DNA of 36,427 bases from positions 1 through 36,427 of the forward strand of contig CANRQH010000002.1 in NCBI GenBank assembly GCA_947632745.1, in the 5' to 3' direction. The DNA is from an uncultured Clostridia bacterium (GTDB taxonomy: Bacteria > Bacillota > Clostridia > TANB77 > CAG-508). Shown piece after piece: positions 18,993 to 28,593 of this stretch. The first letter of the stretch is position 1. The number at the start of each line of letters is the position of its first letter. Under the pieces are notes generated by a model. That model did not search any database. It was not told the DNA's origin and worked only from the letters and a program-made list of their open reading frames with translations. The position numbers and the translations under genes were made by a program.

Positions 18993-19808
18993 TTATGCAC
19001 TTTTTAATTCTAAACGAAGTTTATCTGCAATCATTGCGATAAATTCTGAATTTGTAGGCTTTCCTTTTGCGGCAGATACTGTGTAGCCAAATATATTTTC
19101 CATTAAATCTACTTCTCCTCTGCCCCATGCAACTTCTATTGCATGACGAATTGCACGCTCAACTCTTGATGGTGTTGTTCCAAATTTTTGAGCTATTTGT
19201 GGGTATAAACTTTTAGTAATTTGGTTTATTACTTCAATATCATTTACAACCATCATTATTGCTTCTCTTAAATATTGATAACCTTTTATATGAGCTGGTA
19301 CTCCAACTCCATGAATTATATTTGTTACAAGTGCTTCTAAGTTATCTTCTCCTTTAGTTGATGTGACATTTATGTAAGGTGTTTTCTTGGGCTCCTTATA
19401 AACTACATTATTTGACCCATTTGGTTTGAAGTTTTTAATTTCTCTGATTCTTTGGATTAGCAGTTCAATATCAAATGGCTTTACCATATAATATTCTGCT
19501 CCTAATGCAATTGATTTCTGAGTAATTTTGTCTTGACCAACGGCTGATAACATAATGCAAATTGGCTTTTTATTAAAACTATTATTACTATTTATTTTTT
19601 CTAATACTCCTAGTCCGTCTAAATGTGGCATAATAACATCTAAAATTGCTATATCTGGTACTTTTTCATTAATTATGTCCATTGCTTCTAATCCATCTTT
19701 TGCAATTCCAATAATTTCCATATCTTCTTGATTTCCAAGATATGTCGCAAGTGTTCTGCTAAATTCTTGATTGTCATCTGCAATTAATACTGTTATTTTT
19801 TCTTTCAC
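18993..19808 (-). CDS. spo0A: Sporulation master regulator Spo0A
   Basis: The receiver domain ([16 protein letters not shown]) is followed by the Spo0A-specific C-terminal DNA-binding domain ([25 protein letters not shown]). Confidence 0.95.
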   Translation of the reverse strand: MKEKITVLIADDNQEFSRTLATYLGNQEDMEIIGIAKDGLEAMDIINEKVPDIAILDVIMPHLDGLGVLEKINSNNSFNKKPICIMLSAVGQDKITQKSIALGAEYYMVKPFDIELLIQRIREIKNFKPNGSNNVVYKEPKKTPYINVTSTKGEDNLEALVTNIIHGVGVPAHIKGYQYLREAIMMVVNDIEVINQITKSLYPQIAQKFGTTPSRVERAIRHAIEVAWGRGEVDLMENIFGYTVSAAKGKPTNSEFIAMIADKLRLELKSA

Positions 19809-19926
19809 AGCTTTATCCTCCTAAATATAAATTTAATTGTAAAATTTTTACAATTTGAATTATATAACAGAGTCAAAAAAATTGCAATAGTTTTTGGTAA
19901 ATTTTTCCAATATTTTTTATATAAAA

Positions 19927-20559
19927 TTATAAGTCGCCTATTTTCTTTATATATTTTATATTTAATTCTTTATAATTTATTATATTTAGATTTTTATTTT
20001 TTATATCTTCTAAAAACTTTTCTTTTGTAATATTATCTATCTCTATATGACAATTTATATTTTCCTCATATTTTTTGCTTGTTATATTTATATTATTTTT
20101 TTGACAGTAATATTCAAAATTTTGAAAATTTGGATAATCTAACACTATCTCAAATTCTGTTCCTATATCTATTGCAATTATACTTGCTTTTTCTATTGCA
20201 CCACTTGTTGCTCCTGAGTAACTTCTAACTAATCCACCTGTTCCTAATAATATACCACCAAAATATCTTGTTACAATAACTAATACGTTACATAAATTAT
20301 TTTTTTGTAACAGATTTAACATTGGATTTCCTGCTGTATCTGATGGCTCTCCATCATCACTTGATTTTTCATATATTTCATTATTTTCTAAAACTCTGTA
20401 TGCATAACAGTTGTGTCTAGCGTCAAAAAATTTCTTTTTAAATTCTTTTATTTTGTTTTCTGCATAAAGTTTATTTTCTATATATATTAAATTTGCAATA
20501 AATTTTGACTTTTTTTCTGTTAATTCATACATCGTATTTTTTTCAATCGTGTTATACAT
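19927..20559 (-). CDS. yigZ: YigZ/IMPACT family (UPF0029) protein
   Basis: The blocks KSKFIANL, DARHNCYAY, DDGEPSDTAG and VVTRYFGGILLGTGGLVRSY are present. ATG 20559 lies behind AGGAG, and the track ORF extends to 20592. Confidence 0.8.
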   Translation of the reverse strand: MYNTIEKNTMYELTEKKSKFIANLIYIENKLYAENKIKEFKKKFFDARHNCYAYRVLENNEIYEKSSDDGEPSDTAGNPMLNLLQKNNLCNVLVIVTRYFGGILLGTGGLVRSYSGATSGAIEKASIIAIDIGTEFEIVLDYPNFQNFEYYCQKNNINITSKKYEENINCHIEIDNITKEKFLEDIKNKNLNIINYKELNIKYIKKIGDL

Positions 20560-20602
20560 AATTTTCTCCTTTTTAATTAAAGAGTAAAGCAAATCATTGC
20601 TA

Positions 20603-21664
20603 TTACTCTTTTACTATTTCTAATATTTCTTTTTTTAATTCTTCCACAATTTTCTCTTGTGGAATTTTTCTTACAATTTGTCCTTTTTTAAACAACACCG
20701 CTTCTTCTTTGCCACCTGCAATTCCAATGTCAGCTTCTCTTGCTTCTCCGGGACCATTTACAGCACATCCCATAATAGCAACTGTAATATTTGACTTAAT
20801 TGTTTGTAAAAAGCTTTCTATTTCTTTTGTTATTGGAATCATATCATACATTGTTCTTCCACACGTAGGACAAGAAATTAAAGTTGGACTATTTTCATAT
20901 AAACCACAATTTTTCAAAATTTCTTTTGCAACTTTTATTTCTTCTATTGGATCATCTGAAAGGGATACTCTTAAAGTATTTCCTATTCCTTGTCTTAATA
21001 ATGTACCCAATCCTATGCTTGATTTTATAGTTCCAGAAAAAGCTGTTCCAGCTTCAGTAATTCCAAGATGAAGCGGATAATCAAAAGTATTTGCAGCTTT
21101 TTCATAAGCTTCAATACACAAATCTAAATTAGATGCTTTTAAAGATATACATGTATCATAAAAGTCAAGTTCTTCTAAAATTTTAATATGTTTTTTAGCA
21201 CTTTCTATCATAGCATCTGAACAAGGTCCACAATATTTTTCTAGTAAATCTTTTTCTAAAGAACCACCATTTACTCCAATTCTTATTGGAATACCTTTTT
21301 CTTTACAAGCTTTAACAACAGCTTCTGTCCTTTCTTTAGAACCAATATTTCCTGGATTAATTCTTATTTTATCTACTCCAGCATTTATTGCTGTAAGTGC
21401 TATTTTATAATCAAAATGAATATCTGCAACTATTGGAATATGTATTTTTTCTTTTATTAACTTTATTGATTTAGCATCTTCTTCATCTAGGCAAGCCACT
21501 CTAATTATTTCACAGCCTGCCTTTTCCAACTCTAAAATTTGTTTAACAGTTGCCTCTACATCCTTTGTCTTAGTATTGCACATTGACTGAATTACAACTT
21601 TATTTTCTCCACCAATTGATATATTTCCTACTTTAATTTTTCTAGTATCTTTTCTATGTATCAT
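20603..21664 (-). CDS. ispG: 4-hydroxy-3-methylbut-2-en-1-yl diphosphate synthase (flavodoxin) IspG/GcpE
   Basis: The blocks [33 protein letters not shown] and ISCPTCGR...[11 protein letters not shown] are present. ATG 21664 lies behind GGGGGAA. Confidence 0.9.
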   Translation of the reverse strand: MIHRKDTRKIKVGNISIGGENKVVIQSMCNTKTKDVEATVKQILELEKAGCEIIRVACLDEEDAKSIKLIKEKIHIPIVADIHFDYKIALTAINAGVDKIRINPGNIGSKERTEAVVKACKEKGIPIRIGVNGGSLEKDLLEKYCGPCSDAMIESAKKHIKILEELDFYDTCISLKASNLDLCIEAYEKAANTFDYPLHLGITEAGTAFSGTIKSSIGLGTLLRQGIGNTLRVSLSDDPIEEIKVAKEILKNCGLYENSPTLISCPTCGRTMYDMIPITKEIESFLQTIKSNITVAIMGCAVNGPGEAREADIGIAGGKEEAVLFKKGQIVRKIPQEKIVEELKKEILEIVKE

Positions 21665-21738
21665 GTCTTGTTCCCCCACATAACAACTTATTTTAGTAAA
21701 TTAACTACTATTATTAATTAAATTATTTTTATTTGGTT

Positions 21739-22299
21739 TTACCATAATTCTTTTTCTACTTCTTTTAATTCCATTACACCTTTAGATTGTTCTTGAATAA
21801 TTGTATTTGCAACTTGAACAAGCCTTGGGTCAATTCTATACATCAAAAGATTTCTGCACATTTGAATCGCACCTTCATGATGTGGTATCATTTCACTTAC
21901 AAAGTCTAAATTAATATCCATCATTCTTCTACTATTTTGCATTCTTGCTAACATATTGTTTGTTATTTCAAAATATCTTTGAAGATAAATATTAACATCA
22001 TATTTAGAATTATCATATCCCTTTGTAGTTCTTGCTATTTCTTCCATTTGCTTAATTCCTCTTTGTTGCATTTTAATAATTCCATTTGCAATATTTTGTA
22101 AAGGCTCAAAATTGGTGTATTTTAATAAATTTTGTGACATATATATTGCTGCTTGATGATGTGGTACCATACACACAATAAAATCTAAAGTTATATTATT
22201 TGTTAAGCTCGGATTAAGCATTTTTGTTGCCATCTCATTTAGTATTTCGTCAAATCTAGCTAAATAATTTTTTACTTGTAAATAATCTTGATAATCCAT
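21739..22299 (-). CDS. DUF305 family protein (tandem four-helix repeats)
   Basis: The motif is duplicated: MVPHHQAAIYMSQNLL and MIPHHEGAIQMCRNLL. ATG 22299 is the likely start, with GTG 22308 as the alternative. Confidence 0.7.
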   Translation of the reverse strand: MDYQDYLQVKNYLARFDEILNEMATKMLNPSLTNNITLDFIVCMVPHHQAAIYMSQNLLKYTNFEPLQNIANGIIKMQQRGIKQMEEIARTTKGYDNSKYDVNIYLQRYFEITNNMLARMQNSRRMMDINLDFVSEMIPHHEGAIQMCRNLLMYRIDPRLVQVANTIIQEQSKGVMELKEVEKELW

Positions 22300-22351
22300 A
22301 TTAAACACATCCCTTCTACATAATCATATAGAAAAATGTGAAAATATGTTA

Positions 22352-24001
22352 CTATTTTTCTAATAAATATCCTTCAATATGATAATAAGAAACTTTTTGA
22401 GTTACTTTATCATAATCTATTGAAACAGTTCTAAATATAATTTTATTGTTTTCGTCAACTATCATTTCTTTTGGTTGTTGATTATTTTCATATTTATTTG
22501 ACTCATTTATATATTCGTATATTACAGGTAATATATTTACATTTATTGTTTTCTTTGTTGTTTGAAAAGTAAATTCTGTATTACTAAATGTTTCATCTAT
22601 TGTTTTATTGTCTGTGTAGTAATTGTAAGTACTGATGTTATAAAGTTTTTTGTATCCTTCAATATTTACATATTCAATATCAGAATATACAGAAATATTT
22701 TTTTCATTGTTGTAGTCTTTATTTTTCCCACTCCAAAAGTCTTCAATTTTTTCTATATCTTCTTCTTTTAAATTTTTGATATATTTTTCTCCTTCATATG
22801 AATTTTTTAAATATACATATGCTCCATATATCTTTCTTTTTTCTTCTTCAGAATATGTTGATTTTTGATTATATATTTTCAAATTATTATATTGACTTAT
22901 ATTTGAAATATTAAACATATTAATATATGGCACTAACCCAGAAATTATAGCAAGTACAATAAATACAATTAATGAATTTGCTATTTTTTCTTTCTTTTTA
23001 ATATAAATTCCAATATAAATTATTTCAAACAATATTAACATTAAACATAAATATCTTGCCTCTGTTATTCCATTATCATAAATTCTTACTCCTATTGAAT
23101 ACATTTGTAAAAATATAAATGGAATAAATAATAATGGTAATTTACGATTTATTTTATCAAATAAGCCATCTTCATTCCAATTTGAAGCCATAGTCCAAAT
23201 TGGAAGTCCTATTATAAATAATGCAGAAAGTATTCTAAATATTTGGTTTGATGGCATATTTCTTAAAATAAGTATTTTTATAATATACATATATATTATT
23301 GCAAATGCTGTTATTACTAATGTTCCTAAAACATATCTTATTACAATTTTTGCAAATTTACCTATTTCTTCTTCTTGATTATAAAAAGCATAAATGCATG
23401 TTGGTACATAGTAAATTCCAAGTAATAATATTTCAATTCTTGCAATTAATGTATAATGGTGCCCATTTAATATTAAATATATAAAAATTGAAGCAACTAT
23501 TGCAATGCCAATAGCTAAAATTCCATATACTATTGAGGTTTTAAATAAACCAATTACTGTTTTAGTTAAATATTCTTCAAATGATTTTTCAGATTTTTTG
23601 TAGTTAAAATATATTCCTAAAACTATAAATGTAATAACATAACATACTACAATTCTAGCAAGTCTAAATAAAAATATTTCATTTGAAATGCCTAGTACAT
23701 TTCCTTCAATGTTTGCAAAAAATGTTAAAATTAGTGCAATAAAAGCTGAAGCTACATAATAAATAAGTCCTTTCTTTGATTTATTATCTACTAAAGTTTC
23801 TATTAAAAATGTACTACTTGCAAATATTGTTACAAATATAGCAAGATTTTCAATGAATTCATCAGCTATAAAACTATTATCTAAAGCAATTGCAAACATT
23901 ACTGTTAGAACAAATATAGCAATGATTGTAAGTGGAAATTTTTCTATTGATTTTTTAAGTACTAAAAATAAGTTATAAATTTTTTCTTTTAACTTTTTCA
24001 T
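22352..24001 (-). CDS. Large polytopic membrane protein (DUF4153-like), function unknown
   Basis: About 10 TM helices are followed by a soluble C-terminal domain. ATG 24001 lies behind AGGAGAAAG, and the track ORF extends to 24046. The family call is tentative. Confidence 0.55.
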   Translation of the reverse strand: MKKLKEKIYNLFLVLKKSIEKFPLTIIAIFVLTVMFAIALDNSFIADEFIENLAIFVTIFASSTFLIETLVDNKSKKGLIYYVASAFIALILTFFANIEGNVLGISNEIFLFRLARIVVCYVITFIVLGIYFNYKKSEKSFEEYLTKTVIGLFKTSIVYGILAIGIAIVASIFIYLILNGHHYTLIARIEILLLGIYYVPTCIYAFYNQEEEIGKFAKIVIRYVLGTLVITAFAIIYMYIIKILILRNMPSNQIFRILSALFIIGLPIWTMASNWNEDGLFDKINRKLPLLFIPFIFLQMYSIGVRIYDNGITEARYLCLMLILFEIIYIGIYIKKKEKIANSLIVFIVLAIISGLVPYINMFNISNISQYNNLKIYNQKSTYSEEEKRKIYGAYVYLKNSYEGEKYIKNLKEEDIEKIEDFWSGKNKDYNNEKNISVYSDIEYVNIEGYKKLYNISTYNYYTDNKTIDETFSNTEFTFQTTKKTINVNILPVIYEYINESNKYENNQQPKEMIVDENNKIIFRTVSIDYDKVTQKVSYYHIEGYLLEK

Positions 24002-24050
24002 ATACTTTCTCCTATTTTTTATAATATTTTTTGTCAAAATCATCAATAAA

Positions 24051-26501
24051 TTATTTTTTATCTACAACTAAATTGTATATTTTTCCAGGTACATATATTT
24101 CTTTTTTAATATTATTTGTTTCAATTAATTCTTTAACTTTATCGTTCTCTTTTATTGCTTTTAGAATTTCGTCAGGAGTAGAATCTGCATCTACTGTTAC
24201 ACATAATTTTAATTTACCATTAACTTGAATAGGAATCTCTTTAGTTCCACCATTCATTTCATCTTCATTTATTTCTGGCCATGTTTCTTTATGAACAGAT
24301 TCTTTATTTCCAAGCTTTTCCCATTGTTCTTCTGAAAAATGTGGTGCAAGAGGTGCTAAAAGTTTAATATATGTTGTAACAGTATCTAATAATACTTTTT
24401 CATTAATATTATCATTGTCTCTCATATAATCTGTTAACTTGTTTAAAAGCTCCATACTTCTTGCTATTGCTGTATTAAATCCAAAATCATTTATATCTTG
24501 ACCCATAGCTTTAATTGTTTGATTTTTAACTCTAAGTAATTCTTTTTCTTTACTTCCTACTGAATTGTTTGAATTTTTATCTTTATATGGTATTACTGTT
24601 TCAATTAATCTTTCAATTCTTGAAAAATATCTTACAATTGAATCAATTCCATTTTCATCCCATGGACCACCTTGTCTGTAATCAAAACCAAACATTAAAT
24701 ACATTCTAAATACATCTGAACCATATTTTTCAATATATTCTTCAGGAGATACGGTATTTCCTTTGCTCTTGCTCATTTTGTTTCCATCTGGTCCTAGTAT
24801 CATTCCTTGGTGTACTAATTTTTTAAATGGTTCATCAAAATCTAAGTAACCTAAGTCTCTTAATACTTTTGCCATAAATCTTACATAAATTAAATGCATT
24901 GCAGCATGTTCTTTTCCACCAATGTAAGTATCGATTGGAGCCATTTTGTTTATTGTATCTTTGTTAAATGCTTGCTTATCATTTCTTGCATCAGGATATC
25001 TTAATTCATACCATGATGAACATACAAATGTGTCTAATGTATCTGCTTCTCTTGTTGCATGACCACCACATGTTGGACAAGTACAATTAATAAATTCTCT
25101 AGATTTTTTAAGTGGAGATTCTCCATCTGGTTTGAATTCTACATCATAAGGAAGTAGTACTGGTAAATCCTTTTCAGGTACAGGAACTATTCCACATTTA
25201 TCACAATATATAATTGGTATTGGTGCTCCCCAATATCTTTGTCTTGAAACTAACCAATCTTTTAATCTGTAATTTATGCTTTTCTTTCCTTCTCCCATTT
25301 TGCTTAAATCTTCTGTTATTTTTATTTTAGCTTCTTCAGAAGTTAAACCATTGTATTTTCCACTATCTACTAAAACACCTTTTTCTATAAATGGTAATTC
25401 TGTTTCTTCTCCATCTTTAGAATTTATTACTCTTTTTATTGGTAAATTGTATTTTTGAGCAAATGCATAGTCTCTTGTATCATGAGCAGGTACTGCCATA
25501 ACAGCTCCTGTACCATAATCTTCTAATACATAATCTGCTATCCATACAGGAATTTTGTCTCCATTTACAGGGTTTATTACATAAGCTCCTGTTGCAACTC
25601 CTGTTTTTGGTCTTTCTGTTGATAATCTATCTATTTCGTTTAACTTAGCTGTTTCTTTTATGTAATCTTCTACAGCTTGTTTTTGCTCATTTGTTGTTAT
25701 TTTTTGTACTAATTCACTTTCTGGTGCAATTACAACATATGTTACACCATTTATTGTATCTACTCTTGTAGTAAATACATCAAACTCGAAGTCTCCATTT
25801 TCGCCTTTAAATGTAACTTCTGTTCCTTCTGATTTTCCTATCCAATTTACTTGAACTTTTTTAGTTGATTCTGGCCAATCTAAATCTTTAAGTCCTTCTA
25901 ATAATTCTTCAGCATAGTCTGTGATTTTAAAGAACCATTGTGCAAGTTTTTTTCTTTCTACAACAGTTCCACATCTTTCACATTTTCCATTTATAACTTG
26001 TTCATTTGCTAAAACTGTTTTACAACTATCACACCAATTTACAGGTGCTTCTTTTTTATATGCTAAACCTGCTTTATATAATTGTAAAAATAGCCATTGA
26101 GTCCATTTATAGTAATCTGGCATACATGTTTGAACTGAATAATCCCAATCGTAGCTTCCACCCATTTCGTCTAATTGCATTTTCATTGTTTCTATATTTT
26201 TTAAAGTAGAATCCTCTGGGTGAATTCCTGTTTTTATTGCATAATTTTCTGCAGGAAGACCGAATGCATCAAATCCCATTGGATGAAACACATTGTATCC
26301 TTGCATTTTTTTAAATCTAGCATATGAATCTGATGGTCCATAATTAAACCAGTGGCCTAAGTGTAATTTAGCTCCTGATGGATATGAAAACATTTCTAGT
26401 GTATAAAATTTCTTTCCTTTTCCATTTGGATTATATTTGTAAAGACCTTCTTCTTTCCATTTCTTTTGCCACTTCTTATCTATACTTTTTGAATATTCCA
26501 T
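24051..26501 (-). CDS. leuS: Leucine--tRNA ligase
   Basis: Intact 816-aa ORF with the HLGH (HIGH-class) and KMSKS motifs and the CP1 editing domain. No CGG codon is present. Confidence 0.95.
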   Translation of the reverse strand: MEYSKSIDKKWQKKWKEEGLYKYNPNGKGKKFYTLEMFSYPSGAKLHLGHWFNYGPSDSYARFKKMQGYNVFHPMGFDAFGLPAENYAIKTGIHPEDSTLKNIETMKMQLDEMGGSYDWDYSVQTCMPDYYKWTQWLFLQLYKAGLAYKKEAPVNWCDSCKTVLANEQVINGKCERCGTVVERKKLAQWFFKITDYAEELLEGLKDLDWPESTKKVQVNWIGKSEGTEVTFKGENGDFEFDVFTTRVDTINGVTYVVIAPESELVQKITTNEQKQAVEDYIKETAKLNEIDRLSTERPKTGVATGAYVINPVNGDKIPVWIADYVLEDYGTGAVMAVPAHDTRDYAFAQKYNLPIKRVINSKDGEETELPFIEKGVLVDSGKYNGLTSEEAKIKITEDLSKMGEGKKSINYRLKDWLVSRQRYWGAPIPIIYCDKCGIVPVPEKDLPVLLPYDVEFKPDGESPLKKSREFINCTCPTCGGHATREADTLDTFVCSSWYELRYPDARNDKQAFNKDTINKMAPIDTYIGGKEHAAMHLIYVRFMAKVLRDLGYLDFDEPFKKLVHQGMILGPDGNKMSKSKGNTVSPEEYIEKYGSDVFRMYLMFGFDYRQGGPWDENGIDSIVRYFSRIERLIETVIPYKDKNSNNSVGSKEKELLRVKNQTIKAMGQDINDFGFNTAIARSMELLNKLTDYMRDNDNINEKVLLDTVTTYIKLLAPLAPHFSEEQWEKLGNKESVHKETWPEINEDEMNGGTKEIPIQVNGKLKLCVTVDADSTPDEILKAIKENDKVKELIETNNIKKEIYVPGKIYNLVVDKK

Positions 26502-26648
26502 AACTATTCCCTCCTAAAAAAATTTTGTTTTCTCTTTATTTTTCGTATATTTTATCACAATTATATAAAAAAGTCTACGAATTAGTTATATTTTTTATAT
26601 TTTTAACTTCATGTTAATTAAAAATTACTAACTAAATACTTTTATTTA

Positions 26649-26677
26649 TTGACAAATTCACAAAATTATGTTAACAT
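26649..26677 (+). promoter_or_regulatory. Possible SigA promoter upstream of the decayed radical-SAM gene
   Basis: TTGACA (26649-26654), a 17-nt spacer, then TAACAT (26672-26677). Confidence 0.35.
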
Positions 26678-26730
26678 AATTTTGATTAATTGCAAACTGT
26701 CACATTTTTCCATATAAAAGGAGGTCAACC

Positions 26731-27418
26731 ATGAACAAAATGTCTTTTAAAGATAGTATTATAAGTATAAAAATATTTTAAAAGAAATTTCTGCATATTC
26801 ATCAAGACGTGGTTTCAACAAAATTAGATTCGAAGTGTGCGGAGAAGGAAATCCAGATTTATACAAACATAGGATTGAAATGTTAGAGTATGCAAATCAA
26901 GAATGTAACATGGGACTTGTTTATGTAAGCACAGGAAGCAAAATTACTGATGAATTGTTGGAATGTCTGATAAACAATGTTTCTTTCATTAGAATTAGTT
27001 TTCCAGGTCTTGGAGCAAATGCTTAAGAGAAGTTGCTTATTCATATGGAATTAAAGATTTTCAACTTCCAAGCAATTTGAATACAATTTATAAAAATAGA
27101 ACATTAGTCGAAAAAGACAAGCCTACTTGGTGTTGGAGTTCACTCATTTCTCCGCCTTTATATGGAACAAATCTAATGTGCTGTGTACTTTGGGATAAGA
27201 TTACAAATCTCAATTACCATTATGGTATTATGGAAGGAGAAGAAAATGAACTTGAAAATCTTATGCATGGAGAAAACTCTAAATTCATTATGAAAAACTG
27301 TCCCAATAACTGCACTGAATGTCCTTCACTAAGAGACAATGGGTTTATGGAAAGTTTGTGGCGCATATTGAAATTTCAAGAAAATCTTGATAATGTAAAG
27401 TTTATTACTCATTATTAA
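26731..27418 (+). pseudogene. Decayed radical-SAM-like gene (Cys-cluster region missing, at least two frame breaks)
   Basis: RBS AAAGGAGG, then ATG 26731, gives 16 codons followed by a stop. A second frame gives ...KEISAYSSRRGFNKIRFEVCGEGNPDLY...FIRISFPGLGANA* (a GGEP-like motif). A third frame gives ...LREVAYSYGIKDFQLPSNLNTIYKNRT...CPNNCTECPSL.... No CxxxCxxC is left. None of these breaks is at a CGG. Confidence 0.4.
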
Positions 27419-27480
27419 TTATTTCAATATGTACAAAATAGAGTATGTCCTTTCTGGACATACTCTTATTTATAATAGAT

Positions 27481-27960
27481 TTATTTAAAATTCTCTTTTA
27501 TTTTTTGAATACTTTCTAACATTTCTTTTTTATATTCATCATTTATATTAAGCTCATTTTTCGCATAAATTCCCATTTGACCAAAATTTGCATGAAACTT
27601 ATAAGTCCACTCATGTCTTGGAATAAAACTTATATGCAAGTTTCCAGAACTTGACTCATCTTGATATATCATAACTTTCTCAAAACCGGATTTATGCATT
27701 GATTCTAATAATCTATTTGACAAATCTGTTAATCTATTTCTTTCTTCTTTTGTCAAATCTGTTAATGTAAAAGCCTCTTTTGATATTCCCAATACCATAT
27801 ATCCCTTTATAGGTATTTCTGGATCTGCAGATATATTAAATAAGTCATCTTCATAAATGTACTCTCCTGGAAAATTTGTTATTTCATGTTTTGCAATAGC
27901 TGAACTTAATTTTCCTTCAAATTCCATAGTTTGACCTAACCAATTAATTATTTTTTTCAT
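27481..27960 (-). CDS. HIT-fold-like protein with a degenerate histidine triad
   Basis: The ATG overlaps the NADAR stop (ATATGA) and lies behind GGAGGA. The protein shows ...FPGEYIYEDDLFNISADPEIPIKGYMVLG...ERNRL...GNLHISFIPRHEW where HIT proteins have H.H.H..PR. It is paralogous to the C-terminal half of the 31141-31887 product. Confidence 0.55.
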   Translation of the reverse strand: MKKIINWLGQTMEFEGKLSSAIAKHEITNFPGEYIYEDDLFNISADPEIPIKGYMVLGISKEAFTLTDLTKEERNRLTDLSNRLLESMHKSGFEKVMIYQDESSSGNLHISFIPRHEWTYKFHANFGQMGIYAKNELNINDEYKKEMLESIQKIKENFK

Positions 27961-28593
27961 ATGTTTATTCCTCCATTTTCTTTTTGTTGTATAAAATCCT
28001 TTAAGCAATTTAATTCAAATTCAAACTCGTATCTAGTAAATGTAGTATCTTTTTTTTCATTTTCCCCTATAGAATGTATAATTGGCTTATCACAATTACG
28101 TAATACTGCTCTATAAATAGGATTTTGTACTGCTGAAATATATAATTCATCAACTAATAAATCATATTCTAGGCTATCTCTTTTTATTGCTTTTCCTTGC
28201 CAGTATATTATTCCTGTTTTTTTCCAATTATAATTGCTAGCCGCTTTTATATGTACTGCTTGTGTACCATAATACGTAAATATATAATTTTGTATTTTCT
28301 TATCTTTAAACTTTATTCCCTGAAAGAAATTTTCAATACTAGCTAACTTTTTTCCTTTAAATTTAAAATTATACGGATATAAATTAGAAAGCATTTGTGG
28401 AAAATCTCCTCTATTTCTATATCCAACATCAATCCATTTTTCAGTTTCACTAATTTTATTTCCGCTCTATATCTTTTAATAAAATATCGTCACAATATAC
28501 ACATTCATCTTTTACAATTAATTCTTTTTGTATAAATTTATAAGCTTTCTTATATTCTAAAAATTCTTTTAACTCATTTTTTACCTTACTCAT
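27957..28593 (-). CDS. NADAR (YbiA/DUF1768-like) domain protein; needs +1 at an in-frame CGG
   Basis: ATG 28593 overlaps the stop of the 831-aa gene. It encodes 43 codons (MSKVKNELKEFLEYKKAYKFIQKELIVKDECVYCDDILLKDIE), then gag CGG aaa taa (28462-28464). Skipping the C gives GNKISETEKWIDVGYRNRGDFPQMLSNLYPYNFKFKGKKLASIENFFQGIKF... This is the LSN.YP / S.E..FQ..KF NADAR signature. Confidence 0.7.

Noticed and set aside
26502-26730. A T-box leader upstream of leuS.
   Set aside because: No T-box core (…GGTGGTACCGCG-like) or specifier/antiterminator architecture is visible on the minus strand. The region is almost pure AT.
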